Assembly: GCA_964388715.1 (NCBI GenBank)
Contig: CAYMBN010000004.1
Coordinates: 31,391-95,390 of the forward strand
DNA: 64,000 nucleotides
DNA from: an uncultured Methanosarcinales archaeon
Lineage (GTDB): Archaea > Nanobdellota > Nanobdellia > Woesearchaeales > CAYMBN01
Reading direction: 5' to 3'
Shown: positions 24,829 through 34,565 of the stretch, piece after piece
Numbering within the stretch: position 1 is the first letter of the stretch
Layout: each line of letters opens with the position of its first letter
Notes under the pieces: generated by a model
Databases searched by the model: none
What the model saw: only the letters and a program-made list of their open reading frames with translations
Told to the model about the DNA's origin: nothing
Translations under genes and position numbers: made by a program

Positions 24829-27800
24829 AAAAATAAAAATACTCTTGATTTTTGTATTTTTGTTTATTTTAAACATTCTCATTGCAAATGCAGCCCCTAA
24901 TAGCATTGAAAACTGTAGCTCCTTAAGTGATCCAGGTGTAACATATCAACTTATTTCTTCAATTGATGGTTTTGGTACAACCTGTATGAACATTACAGCT
25001 GCAAATGTTGTACTAGACTGTTTATACAATAGAATTGATGGAATACAATCAGGCACAATGTATGGTATTCATATCAATGCAACCAATGTTACTGTTAAAA
25101 ACTGTAACATAACAGACTTTTATGATGGAATTTATATCAGCAACAGCGCAGACAATGCAACAATAAAAAACAATAACTTTTCAAGCAATTATAGAGGTGG
25201 AATTTATTTCAATAACGGTGAAAGTAATTTTGACAATAACAACATAACAGGAAACACATTCAATGGCACAGAATGGACTAGTGGTGATGAAATATTCCTT
25301 AAAGGAGGCAATAACACTATCAGCCACAATACCTTTTATAGCACTGTGATGACCAGTAATATTGATCTTGTTTCATCAGCAGACAATATAATAGACAATA
25401 ACACATTCATTGATTGTGGTACATATTGTATTAGCCTAGATCAAGGTTCAAACAGAACAGATATAACAAACAATTTCATCAACAGCTCAAAAACAGCAGG
25501 AATTTACTTAGCATCAGCTGGCTTTAACTTAATTCACAACAACACTATAACCAATCATGGTACAAGTAATACTGTATCTACTGCAAGTGGCGGAATAACA
25601 ACAGTCTCTTCAGGAAACAATGTAAAAATGTGTAACATCACAAACAACACATTTAGTGGAAACAAGCCTTGGGCAATTGTGTTTGATGACCCACAAGATG
25701 GAAACAACAAATTATCAGGTAACAGATTCCTTAGTAAAGGTATAAGGGATGATAACAAAGCCTTTGATAATGATTACTGTCCAACAGAATTTGGTTTTGG
25801 TAATTATTATAACATAAACAATTCTTATTATAGCACAGGAGACTTTAACGCTTATTTTATCAGACCATCAACAGACTGTGGTCCAACACCAAATGCAACA
25901 GTAATTAGTGTAAACAACACAGACATTGATGCATGGTCATTTGGAGGAACAGTAGCACAATATGATAGTTTAATAGAAGGACTAGGAAATGCAAAAACAA
26001 ATCATTTAGTAAATCTTTCAAATGCTTTAACTTTTATTTATGCACCAATTCATGATAAACCAGCACTAGTAATCTACTCACCTAATGTAACCTTGGATTG
26101 TAATGATGCAAACATAACAGGTCCTGATAATAATAATGGTGAAGGCATTTACTTCATGCAAAACAATATCACAGTAAGAAACTGCAGTCTCCAAGACTTT
26201 GATCATGGCATTTATGTTGATTATTTAGCAAACAACTCTTTAATCCGCGGCAACACTTTCCTAAGTAATTATGAAAATGGAATTTATTTTGACACACAAT
26301 ACACAACCTACTATGACCATAACATCACTTTCAACCTATTCAATGGCACAGAATGGACAAGTGGTGAAGACATTCACATCCGCGGTGGCAACCACACAAT
26401 CTCTTACAACAACTTCAGCAGTGTTACTGTTACCCAAAACCTTGAACTTGTAACAGCAAGCTCAGCAGTTTTATACAACAACACCTTTTTAGATTGTGGT
26501 ACATATTGTTTAAATCTTGATGCCAACTCACACAGAGTAAGAGTTACAGACAGTTTATTCAACAGCTCAAAAATCTATGGTCTTTATTTAGGTGGTTCAG
26601 ACAACCACACAATCATTAATAATAACTTTACCAATAATGGTGCAAGTGATACTGTAAGCCATGTACAAGGTGGCATTGGAACTATAGCTAGTGGTGCTGG
26701 TGTAAAAGATAGCAATATTACAAACAACACTTTTATTGGAAGTAGACCTTGGGCAATTGTGTTTGATGATACTGATGATGAAAACAATCAAATCTCAGGA
26801 AACTTATTCCTCAGCAAAGGTATAAGAGATGATGACAAAGCATTCAACAATGATTATTGTCCAGACAAACCAGGTTATGGTAATTATTATGATTTAAACA
26901 ATTCCTACCAAGCTGCAACAGACTTCAGAACTTATTATTTCAGACCAAGTACAGACTGTGGTCCAACTCCAAATGCAACAGTTATCACTGTCAACTCAAC
27001 TGTAACAGACAACTGGACCTTTGGTGGCACAATAGCAACCTATGATTCTCTCACAGAAGGTTTAGGTAATGCAAAAACCTATCACACTGTTAATGTTACT
27101 CTTGACTCAGGTCCATTCATTTATGATGCCGCAAGTACAAAACCTACAATAGTAATCTACTCCCCAAACATCACTTTAGATTGTGGTGGTACAAACCTAA
27201 GCGGTCCTAATGATAATAATGGTGATGGCATTTACTTTATGCAAAATAATATCACAATAAGAAATTGTAGTCTCCAAGATTTTGACCATGCTATTTGGGT
27301 TGACTATTTAGCAAACAACTCTTTAATCCGCGGCAACACTTTCCTAAGTAATTATGAAAATGGAATTTATTTTGACACACAATACACAACCTACTATGAC
27401 CATAACATCACTTTCAACCTATTCAATGGCACAGAATGGTCAAGTGGCGAAGACATTCACATCCGTGGTGGTAACCACACAATCTCTTACAACAACTTTA
27501 GCAGTGTTACTGTTACCTCAAACATTGAATTTATAACAGCAACACATGCTGTTGTGAGTAATAACAGATTTAAAGATTGTGGAACATACTGTATAAATCT
27601 AAACGGTGCTTCTGATTATGGAAAAATCTTGAACAACAGAATAAACAGCTCAAAATCATATGGTCTTTATTTATTATCAGACTCAGACTACCATTTAATC
27701 AGAGGAAACAATTTTACAAACCATTCTGCAACTAATGGAGCAGGTATTGGATCACAAAGCTCTGGCTCAGGAACTCAATATGACAATATAACTGAAAACC

Positions 27801-30800
27801 TTTTCCAAGATAATTACTGGCACATTAGACTTGACGACAACAATGATGACTTTAACAATATCTGGAAAAACAATTTCATGAACAATGTTTCAACTAATGT
27901 TGAAGATGATGGTGCAGGAAACTTTTACAATCTATCAAACATAGGAAATTACTGGGCAATATATGATTCAGCAGGTGAAGGATGTAATGATGCAAACAAT
28001 AATGGAAGATGTGACTCAGCATTCACAGCAGATGATGCAGGTAATGCAGTTGACAATTTCCCATTTACAACACAAGATGGTTGGTACCTACCAGTTTTCA
28101 ACACAGTAGAATGCTTTAACACAACTGCTTGGACACCTTGTGCAAACATAAAATTCAATAATACAATTGAAGCAGTAAGAGTAAATTGTACTTCTGTTGA
28201 TGCAACAGTTAACAATGCAACATTCGAACTAGTAAATAACCCAGACTCTTCTACTAAATATAACACTGCTTTCGCAAACTTATCAAGTGCAGACTACTGG
28301 ATATTCAATAGCACAAATCTATTAATCCAAGACTCAGGTGTTTGGAACTGGACAATAATATGTAACACAACAATTGGAAGTTATAGTTCAAACTATACAA
28401 CATGGACAGTTCCTTGGGGCACTCTTAGTGTAACATGGATAAGTCCAACTGGGAATTCAACAGTCTCACCTAACATGACTTCCGATTTTCAAGTCAATGT
28501 TAGTTGTATCGATGGTGAATGTGGTGACATTAATCTAACATTAGATCCAGAACAAGCCAATCCCAAACCAATCATTTTAGATGCTTATGTAAAACCAACA
28601 AAAGTTAAAGTAGGAGATAAAATGCAAGTATTTGTACATGTTCAAGATAATCTTGGTATTGAAAGTGTAATAGCGGAAATGCCTTACGAAAATGGAAAGG
28701 ATATCATAAAGCTTTCATTAACCAATGGAACTATTTATGATGGCCTTTGGGAACAAACCTGGAAAGTACATAACACAAAACCAATAAATTACACAACTTT
28801 AATAACAATTACTAACAATGATAATCAAAAAATTTATACTGAAATTGTATGGGAAGATCCTACTATTACAAATGGAGATTTTGAAACAGGTAATTTAACA
28901 GGTTGGTCAACAGGTGGAAATCAAAATTGGACAACCAATACTACATTTGTACAAGAAGGGTCATATTCAGCACAAGCAGGTAAAATTTCAACAAACCAGA
29001 TAACTTGGATTAATCAATCTGTCACATTGACAGTTAATGGAACATTAACCTTTTTTTGGAAAGTAAGTTCTGAAACTAATTATGACTTCTTATTATTTTG
29101 TAATAATACTCCTGCTTGTACAAGAACATCTGGCTTTCAAGATAGAATTTCTGGTTCAGTAGATTGGACAATGCAATCATACAATCTTTCAAATGGTACT
29201 CATATTTTACATTGGGCTTATGCTAAAGATGGCAGTGGGAACACTGCTAATGATACTGGTTTTGTAGATAACATTACAATAACATTAAGTAACACTGGAC
29301 CTTCTGTTAATTCGGTTTCAACTTCTCCATCACCTTTTAGTAATGGATATAATGTAACTTGTAAAGCTAATGTTACAGATCCAGATAGTGATACAATACA
29401 GTATGTTAACTTTACAATTTATGATTCAAATGGAGGTATGTATGTTAACAATGTTAATGGAACCTCAAATGGAGATCTTTGGAACTCAAGTTATTTTGTG
29501 CCAAATGCTACAGGTATTATAACATGTAACTTAACTGCATATGATGGAATAACAACCACAACTAATTCAACAACATTTTATTCAGGTAATAAGACTGGTG
29601 CGATTTCAACAACTATTGGTGCAATACCTTTTTACACAACATCATCTAATCCACAAACATGTCAAAATTTAAAAAGTGGAAATAGTTGTAATAAAACATG
29701 GACTGTCAATGCAACAGGAAAAGTAAGCTCAACATGGGAATTTTATGCAATTGCAGATGCAGTCAATTATTCTAATGTAATCAGTGTAGAAGGTAGTAAA
29801 ATTAATATAACAATAACAGACCTTTCAGAACCAACAATAATAATTGATAATCCAGTCAACAACACAAACCTAACAGCAGGTACAACATGGTCATGGATGA
29901 ATATCACAACAAACGAACCTTCAATCTGTCAATTCAATAAAACAAATGACTTTACTTTTGGTATTAATGGAACATACTTTAGTTCAAATGATAACATAAG
30001 CCATTTCTTTAATTACTCAAGTTTATCAAGCGGTCCATTTTACACTACTTATTATAGATGTAATGACACTTCAGGAAACACAAACACCTTACCAGCAGCA
30101 CACACATTTGGAGTTCATCCAACAGATATAACCTCTCCTACTGTTACATTATTAAGACCATTAGATGCTTCAACACTAAGAAGCAACTTAGTACAATTTA
30201 ATTTCACTCCATTTGATTTCCATCTTGACTCATGTGTTTTATGGACAAACACAACAGGAATATGGAAGAAAAACACAACAGTATCAAGTCCAACAAACAA
30301 TTCTAATAATTCCGTCAGTTTAAACATCACAGATGGTTATTATCTTTGGAATGTAGTATGTAATGACACTTCTAATAACAATGGTACAGCAAGTAATTAT
30401 TCATTCACCTTTGAAGCATTACACTTAAACATTTCAATATCACTAAACCAAACATCAGTCTCACCAAATGCAAGTGTTTTAGTAAGTGGTTATTTAAATC
30501 TAAGTGATGGCACAAATATTAGCAATCATCCTGTTGATGTTTACTTGAATGGCACAAAATTAACAACAAACAATTCATATTTAGGAGATGGAAGTGATGG
30601 TTCAATAATAATTGATAGTGCAAACACAGTAGTTAACAATTACACCCATATAACAACAAACGAAACAGCTGGAAGCATACAAATAACAGTAAGTAGTAGT
30701 AGTCAATTTTCAGTTGGTGATGAAATCTTAGTAATCCAAATGCAAGATAAGAGTTGTGGCACATCTGCAGGTACATATGAATTTACTAATATAAGTGTAA

Positions 30801-33800
30801 TAGATGGAAATAATATTAACATAACAAGTCCATTACAAAATACTTATTGTACAGGTGCATATGAAGTAGTAAGAAAATCAACTGTTTCACAAATAGTAAA
30901 AGTACCCCATTATACTGATGTTATTGTTAACTCTGGCGCTTCTCTAAGAGCCGGTGCTTGGGCAGGTTATTCAGGAGGTATTTTAGTATTCAGAGCTCTA
31001 GGAACTGTTAATGTTTTAGGAAGTATTAATGCAAACTCAAGAGGTTTTAGAGGTGGAAGAAGAGGAGAAAGTGGTCAGGACGCTTACCAAGGTGAATCTT
31101 ATAGAGGAAAAGGTGATGATTCTCAATCTGCTGCTGCTAACTTAGGTGGTGGTGGTGATGCAAATGCTGACATTGGATGTGCTGCAGGTGGTGGTGGTGC
31201 TGGTTATGCTACTTCAGGTACTGCTGGTGGTAACTGTAATGCTGGAGCAGGTGGTTCAGGTGGTGCAACCTACGGCAATGTTAACTTATCAGTTATACTT
31301 TTAGGTTCAGGCGGCGGTGGCGGTGAATATGATTCAGATACCACTGTTAAAGGTGGTGCAGGTGGAGCAGGAGGAGGAATTGTCATGCTCTTTGCTAACA
31401 ATATCACTGCTACAAATACAAGTTCAATAACAAGTAAAGGTACAGATGGTGTAACTACAAACAGAGCAGGTGGTGGTGGTGGTTCAGGCGGTTCAATTTA
31501 CTTAGCTGCTAGATACATGGCACTTTCAAATTCAACAAACGCTTCAGGTGGTGCAGGTGGTGGAACTTCTCCTAGTGGAGGTAACGCAGGCCATGGAAGA
31601 ATAAGATTAGATTATATTGGTTTAACAGGTTCATCTTTCCCAGGTTCAGGATATAATGGAACATTTAACTCAACCTTTACAACAAATGATATTGGTTATT
31701 ATAATTATACAATCACAGCACCAGCTGTCACAGGAACATATGAAGTTAAAGTAAATACAACTTATACAAATTATACAGCAGCATTAAACACAACACTCAC
31801 AGTTTCTTCAGGAGATGAAATTAAACCAACAATAAACTTCACATATCCAACAACCAACACAGGAAACTACAGTCAAACCTGGATAGCACTAAACATAACA
31901 GCAGCAGATGATAACTTTAGCATGGTAGTTGGATTCTTATATAACACTACTGCATTAGTAAATGCAACAAATATAACATCAACAACATTATACTTTAATG
32001 TCACAAGCTTACCACAAGGAACTTATTACATTAATGCAACAGCAAACGATACATCCAACAACACAAACTCAACAGAAACAAGAACAATAGTTCTTGATAC
32101 CACTAATCCACTAGTTACAATTACAAAGAATGATACTTTAGTTGAATATGGTTCTGAATCAATTAATGTTAGCTGGACTGTAACAGATAGTACTGCATTA
32201 GCAACAGTTTTATTCAACATAACATACCCAAATAATAGCATGATATTCAATTCAACATCAAGCACAGGATTTGTCAATTTAAATACAAGCAATCTAACAG
32301 CAACAGGAAGATATAATATTAGTGTTTGGGGTAATGACACAACTAATCAATTAAATGTTACAACAGATTCATTTACAGTTAATGATACAATTGCACCAAC
32401 AATAAACTTCACAACTGTTACAACAACAACTGGAAATTATAGTCAAACATGGATTACAGCCAACATAACAGCATCAGATTATGCTCTAGGAACATTAAAT
32501 ATAACCTTATACAACTCAACAGCTTTAGTTAATTCAACAAGCTTAACTTCCTCTCCTCTTTACATAAACTTCACAAACCTAGCAGACACTTCTTATTACC
32601 TCAACGCAACTGTAAATGATACAAGTGGAAACCTAAACTCAACAGAAACAAGGAACATTTCATTAGATAATACAATCCCATTTGTACTCATTGCTAAAAA
32701 CGACTCAATGGTTGAATTTGGCGTTGATGTAATCAATATTAGTTGGACATCAAGTGATGCAATAGCACTCAATTCAACTTTATTTAATATTACAAACATT
32801 AGCAATTCAATTATATACAGTTCAACATCAGCCTCAGGATTAATCAACTTATCTTTAAGCAATCTTACTATAGAAGGAATTTATGTTGTTAATTTATGGT
32901 CAATTGATACAGTTGGTCAAACAAACTTCACAAACACTTCTTTCACAGTTAATGATACATCTGCTCCAGTTGTAACCTTAGTTGCACCAACAAATAACTC
33001 TGGTGACAATGATGGAAACCTATCATTTGTTTACAATGTAACTGATGGCTCTGCTGTAAACAACTGTACTTTATCAATCAATAATGTATCAAACCAAACA
33101 AATAACACAATTACAAAAAATTCAAACCAAACTTTCACATTAAACAATTTACCAATTGCACAATACAATTGGACCATTAATTGTACAGATACACTCAACA
33201 ACACAGGTACAAGTCAAGTAAATAAATTTGTAGTAGTTGAAACAATTAACTTCACAGGAAATACAACAAATCTAAACCAAGTGAACATATCAAACATAAC
33301 TAATCTTATCGTCGACAAACCAAATTATGGTATGATTAATATTACTGAAAGCGTTGACTTAAGTAATGGAACAAACATAACCCAACACGTTAACATAAGC
33401 CACAACAGAATTGAAATAAACACAACAGCATTACCACAATTAAACAAGTCAGCAACATTATATTTACGTAATCTTTCATTTGCAAATCCAAGAATCTTAA
33501 AAGATGATGTTGCTTGTTCATCTACAATTTGTACTGTAATAAGTTACTCTTCAACAACAGGAATATTAGCATTCAATGTAACACAATTCTCAGCTTACTC
33601 TGCTGAAGATTATTGTGGTAATAGTAATTGTGAAGCAACAGAATCATGTTCAACATGTTCAGCTGATTGCGGCTCTTGTACAACCACCACACCAACTCTT
33701 CTCACAGCAGGTAGTGGAGGTTTCTGGGTAAAAGACAAAAAAGAATGTGATGTTGATTCAGATTGTGAACCAGGATTTTACTGCTGGGAAAACAAATGTG

Positions 33801-34468
33801 CTATCTTATTTGACATAAAGATCACTAAGTTCTACACAAAACTTGAACCAGGAAAAATGCTAAACTTTACTTATCTAATAAAAGGCATGGGCCATGTTAA
33901 AGGTGATGTTATAGTAAGCTACTGGCTTGAAAAAGATGATGAAATAGTATCCTCTGGCCAAGATACAATTTATTTAGGAAAATATGAACAAAAAAATCAA
34001 ACATCAGAAATAGTAATACCATCAAATATTAATGAAGGCACTTATTCCTTACATGTTGGTGTTGATTACTTAGGTTATAAAGCAGAATCACAAAGATTAA
34101 TTGAAATAGTTGAAGGCAAAGTAACAATAATAGAACAACCATCACCACCTCCTAAACCGCATAGATTATTTTTCCCAATACTTCAAGACCCAATCAAATT
34201 AACAGCACTTTTAATCTTACTCACTGCTTTATTTACCTTTAATGAATTTATCCACGCAGTTATCTACAAGAACAAAAAAACAAAAAGGAAAGGAAAAAAG
34301 AAAAAAAACAGAAAAAAGAAACCAAGAAAAACTAAAAAGAAGCACAAGAGAAAAATCAAAAAACACACAAAAAAACATAAAATTCAGAAACATAAAAAAA
34401 AGAAAACAAAGCATCATAAGAAAAAAAAGAACACAAAAAAACACAAAAAGAAACACAGAAAAAAGTAA
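24821..34468 (+). CDS. Giant (about 3,215-aa) secreted, C-terminally anchored surface protein. Domains: 3 right-handed beta-helix (PbH1/NosD-like) modules, a jelly-roll/CBM-like domain, Ig-like repeats, a Gly-rich solenoid, a Cys knot, a TM helix and a poly-K/H tail.
   Basis: The signal peptide is MYKKIKILLIFVFLFILNILIANA. Repeated N.I..N.F motifs and NCxIxDF.xGIY are characteristic of parallel beta-helix. GDFETGNLTGWS..WKVSSE..FVDNITI is a CBM/jelly-roll-like block. The C-terminus has CGNSNCEATESCSTCSADCGSC, then the TM LTALLILLTALFTF, then about 65 aa of K/H/R. Confidence 0.85.
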   Translation: MYKKIKILLIFVFLFILNILIANAAPNSIENCSSLSDPGVTYQLISSIDGFGTTCMNITAANVVLDCLYNRIDGIQSGTMYGIHINATNVTVKNCNITDFYDGIYISNSADNATIKNNNFSSNYRGGIYFNNGESNFDNNNITGNTFNGTEWTSGDEIFLKGGNNTISHNTFYSTVMTSNIDLVSSADNIIDNNTFIDCGTYCISLDQGSNRTDITNNFINSSKTAGIYLASAGFNLIHNNTITNHGTSNTVSTASGGITTVSSGNNVKMCNITNNTFSGNKPWAIVFDDPQDGNNKLSGNRFLSKGIRDDNKAFDNDYCPTEFGFGNYYNINNSYYSTGDFNAYFIRPSTDCGPTPNATVISVNNTDIDAWSFGGTVAQYDSLIEGLGNAKTNHLVNLSNALTFIYAPIHDKPALVIYSPNVTLDCNDANITGPDNNNGEGIYFMQNNITVRNCSLQDFDHGIYVDYLANNSLIRGNTFLSNYENGIYFDTQYTTYYDHNITFNLFNGTEWTSGEDIHIRGGNHTISYNNFSSVTVTQNLELVTASSAVLYNNTFLDCGTYCLNLDANSHRVRVTDSLFNSSKIYGLYLGGSDNHTIINNNFTNNGASDTVSHVQGGIGTIASGAGVKDSNITNNTFIGSRPWAIVFDDTDDENNQISGNLFLSKGIRDDDKAFNNDYCPDKPGYGNYYDLNNSYQAATDFRTYYFRPSTDCGPTPNATVITVNSTVTDNWTFGGTIATYDSLTEGLGNAKTYHTVNVTLDSGPFIYDAASTKPTIVIYSPNITLDCGGTNLSGPNDNNGDGIYFMQNNITIRNCSLQDFDHAIWVDYLANNSLIRGNTFLSNYENGIYFDTQYTTYYDHNITFNLFNGTEWSSGEDIHIRGGNHTISYNNFSSVTVTSNIEFITATHAVVSNNRFKDCGTYCINLNGASDYGKILNNRINSSKSYGLYLLSDSDYHLIRGNNFTNHSATNGAGIGSQSSGSGTQYDNITENLFQDNYWHIRLDDNNDDFNNIWKNNFMNNVSTNVEDDGAGNFYNLSNIGNYWAIYDSAGEGCNDANNNGRCDSAFTADDAGNAVDNFPFTTQDGWYLPVFNTVECFNTTAWTPCANIKFNNTIEAVRVNCTSVDATVNNATFELVNNPDSSTKYNTAFANLSSADYWIFNSTNLLIQDSGVWNWTIICNTTIGSYSSNYTTWTVPWGTLSVTWISPTGNSTVSPNMTSDFQVNVSCIDGECGDINLTLDPEQANPKPIILDAYVKPTKVKVGDKMQVFVHVQDNLGIESVIAEMPYENGKDIIKLSLTNGTIYDGLWEQTWKVHNTKPINYTTLITITNNDNQKIYTEIVWEDPTITNGDFETGNLTGWSTGGNQNWTTNTTFVQEGSYSAQAGKISTNQITWINQSVTLTVNGTLTFFWKVSSETNYDFLLFCNNTPACTRTSGFQDRISGSVDWTMQSYNLSNGTHILHWAYAKDGSGNTANDTGFVDNITITLSNTGPSVNSVSTSPSPFSNGYNVTCKANVTDPDSDTIQYVNFTIYDSNGGMYVNNVNGTSNGDLWNSSYFVPNATGIITCNLTAYDGITTTTNSTTFYSGNKTGAISTTIGAIPFYTTSSNPQTCQNLKSGNSCNKTWTVNATGKVSSTWEFYAIADAVNYSNVISVEGSKINITITDLSEPTIIIDNPVNNTNLTAGTTWSWMNITTNEPSICQFNKTNDFTFGINGTYFSSNDNISHFFNYSSLSSGPFYTTYYRCNDTSGNTNTLPAAHTFGVHPTDITSPTVTLLRPLDASTLRSNLVQFNFTPFDFHLDSCVLWTNTTGIWKKNTTVSSPTNNSNNSVSLNITDGYYLWNVVCNDTSNNNGTASNYSFTFEALHLNISISLNQTSVSPNASVLVSGYLNLSDGTNISNHPVDVYLNGTKLTTNNSYLGDGSDGSIIIDSANTVVNNYTHITTNETAGSIQITVSSSSQFSVGDEILVIQMQDKSCGTSAGTYEFTNISVIDGNNINITSPLQNTYCTGAYEVVRKSTVSQIVKVPHYTDVIVNSGASLRAGAWAGYSGGILVFRALGTVNVLGSINANSRGFRGGRRGESGQDAYQGESYRGKGDDSQSAAANLGGGGDANADIGCAAGGGGAGYATSGTAGGNCNAGAGGSGGATYGNVNLSVILLGSGGGGGEYDSDTTVKGGAGGAGGGIVMLFANNITATNTSSITSKGTDGVTTNRAGGGGGSGGSIYLAARYMALSNSTNASGGAGGGTSPSGGNAGHGRIRLDYIGLTGSSFPGSGYNGTFNSTFTTNDIGYYNYTITAPAVTGTYEVKVNTTYTNYTAALNTTLTVSSGDEIKPTINFTYPTTNTGNYSQTWIALNITAADDNFSMVVGFLYNTTALVNATNITSTTLYFNVTSLPQGTYYINATANDTSNNTNSTETRTIVLDTTNPLVTITKNDTLVEYGSESINVSWTVTDSTALATVLFNITYPNNSMIFNSTSSTGFVNLNTSNLTATGRYNISVWGNDTTNQLNVTTDSFTVNDTIAPTINFTTVTTTTGNYSQTWITANITASDYALGTLNITLYNSTALVNSTSLTSSPLYINFTNLADTSYYLNATVNDTSGNLNSTETRNISLDNTIPFVLIAKNDSMVEFGVDVINISWTSSDAIALNSTLFNITNISNSIIYSSTSASGLINLSLSNLTIEGIYVVNLWSIDTVGQTNFTNTSFTVNDTSAPVVTLVAPTNNSGDNDGNLSFVYNVTDGSAVNNCTLSINNVSNQTNNTITKNSNQTFTLNNLPIAQYNWTINCTDTLNNTGTSQVNKFVVVETINFTGNTTNLNQVNISNITNLIVDKPNYGMINITESVDLSNGTNITQHVNISHNRIEINTTALPQLNKSATLYLRNLSFANPRILKDDVACSSTICTVISYSSTTGILAFNVTQFSAYSAEDYCGNSNCEATESCSTCSADCGSCTTTTPTLLTAGSGGFWVKDKKECDVDSDCEPGFYCWENKCAILFDIKITKFYTKLEPGKMLNFTYLIKGMGHVKGDVIVSYWLEKDDEIVSSGQDTIYLGKYEQKNQTSEIVIPSNINEGTYSLHVGVDYLGYKAESQRLIEIVEGKVTIIEQPSPPPKPHRLFFPILQDPIKLTALLILLTALFTFNEFIHAVIYKNKKTKRKGKKKKNRKKKPRKTKKKHKRKIKKHTKKHKIQKHKKKKTKHHKKKKNTKKHKKKHRKK
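25005..28100 (+). repeat. Three tandem coding modules of about 1,080-1,083 bp (360-361 aa beta-helix units); the third is partial
   Basis: TTCAATGGCACAGAATGG recurs at 25259, 26339 and 27422. The segments 26222-26356 and 27305-27439 are identical over 135 nt. Confidence 0.85.
31826..32965 (+). repeat. Tandem 570-bp (190-aa) coding duplication encoding paired Ig-like domains
   Basis: CCAACAATAAACTTCACA occurs at 31826 and 32396. The protein blocks PTINFT..TGNYSQTWI..NITA.D and VNDT.AP repeat with a 190-aa period. Confidence 0.8.
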
Positions 34469-34536
34469 ACCAAATCCTTCAAACCATTAAATTCAACCTT
34501 CACAGCCCTTCTAAAGACATTTTACAATCCAAACAT

Positions 34537-34544
34537 TTATAAAC
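34537..34544 (+). promoter_or_regulatory. TATA box for gyrA
   Basis: TTTATAAA lies 29 nt upstream of the ATG at 34566. Confidence 0.45.
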
Positions 34545-34565
34545 TACTGACCATTCTTTTCTGGT

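Noticed and set aside
25555-32862. About ten 60-105-aa ORFs in other frames or strands within the first giant gene (for example 26271-26453 and 27354-27536, or 32026-32340 and 32596-32862)
   Set aside because: They recur with the same 1,083-bp or 570-bp offsets as the coding repeats. They are shadows of the repeated main frame, not separate genes.
24791-34468. Tandem repeats as a CRISPR array or non-coding satellite
   Set aside because: The repeats are 570-1,083 bp long, in frame, and translate into coherent protein modules. No short repeat-spacer periodicity exists anywhere in the window.
34229-34490. Two ORFs (75 aa minus strand, 82 aa plus strand) over the end of the giant gene
   Set aside because: They are frame-shifted or antisense readings of the poly-Lys/His tail (A-rich DNA). 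There is no independent start signal.
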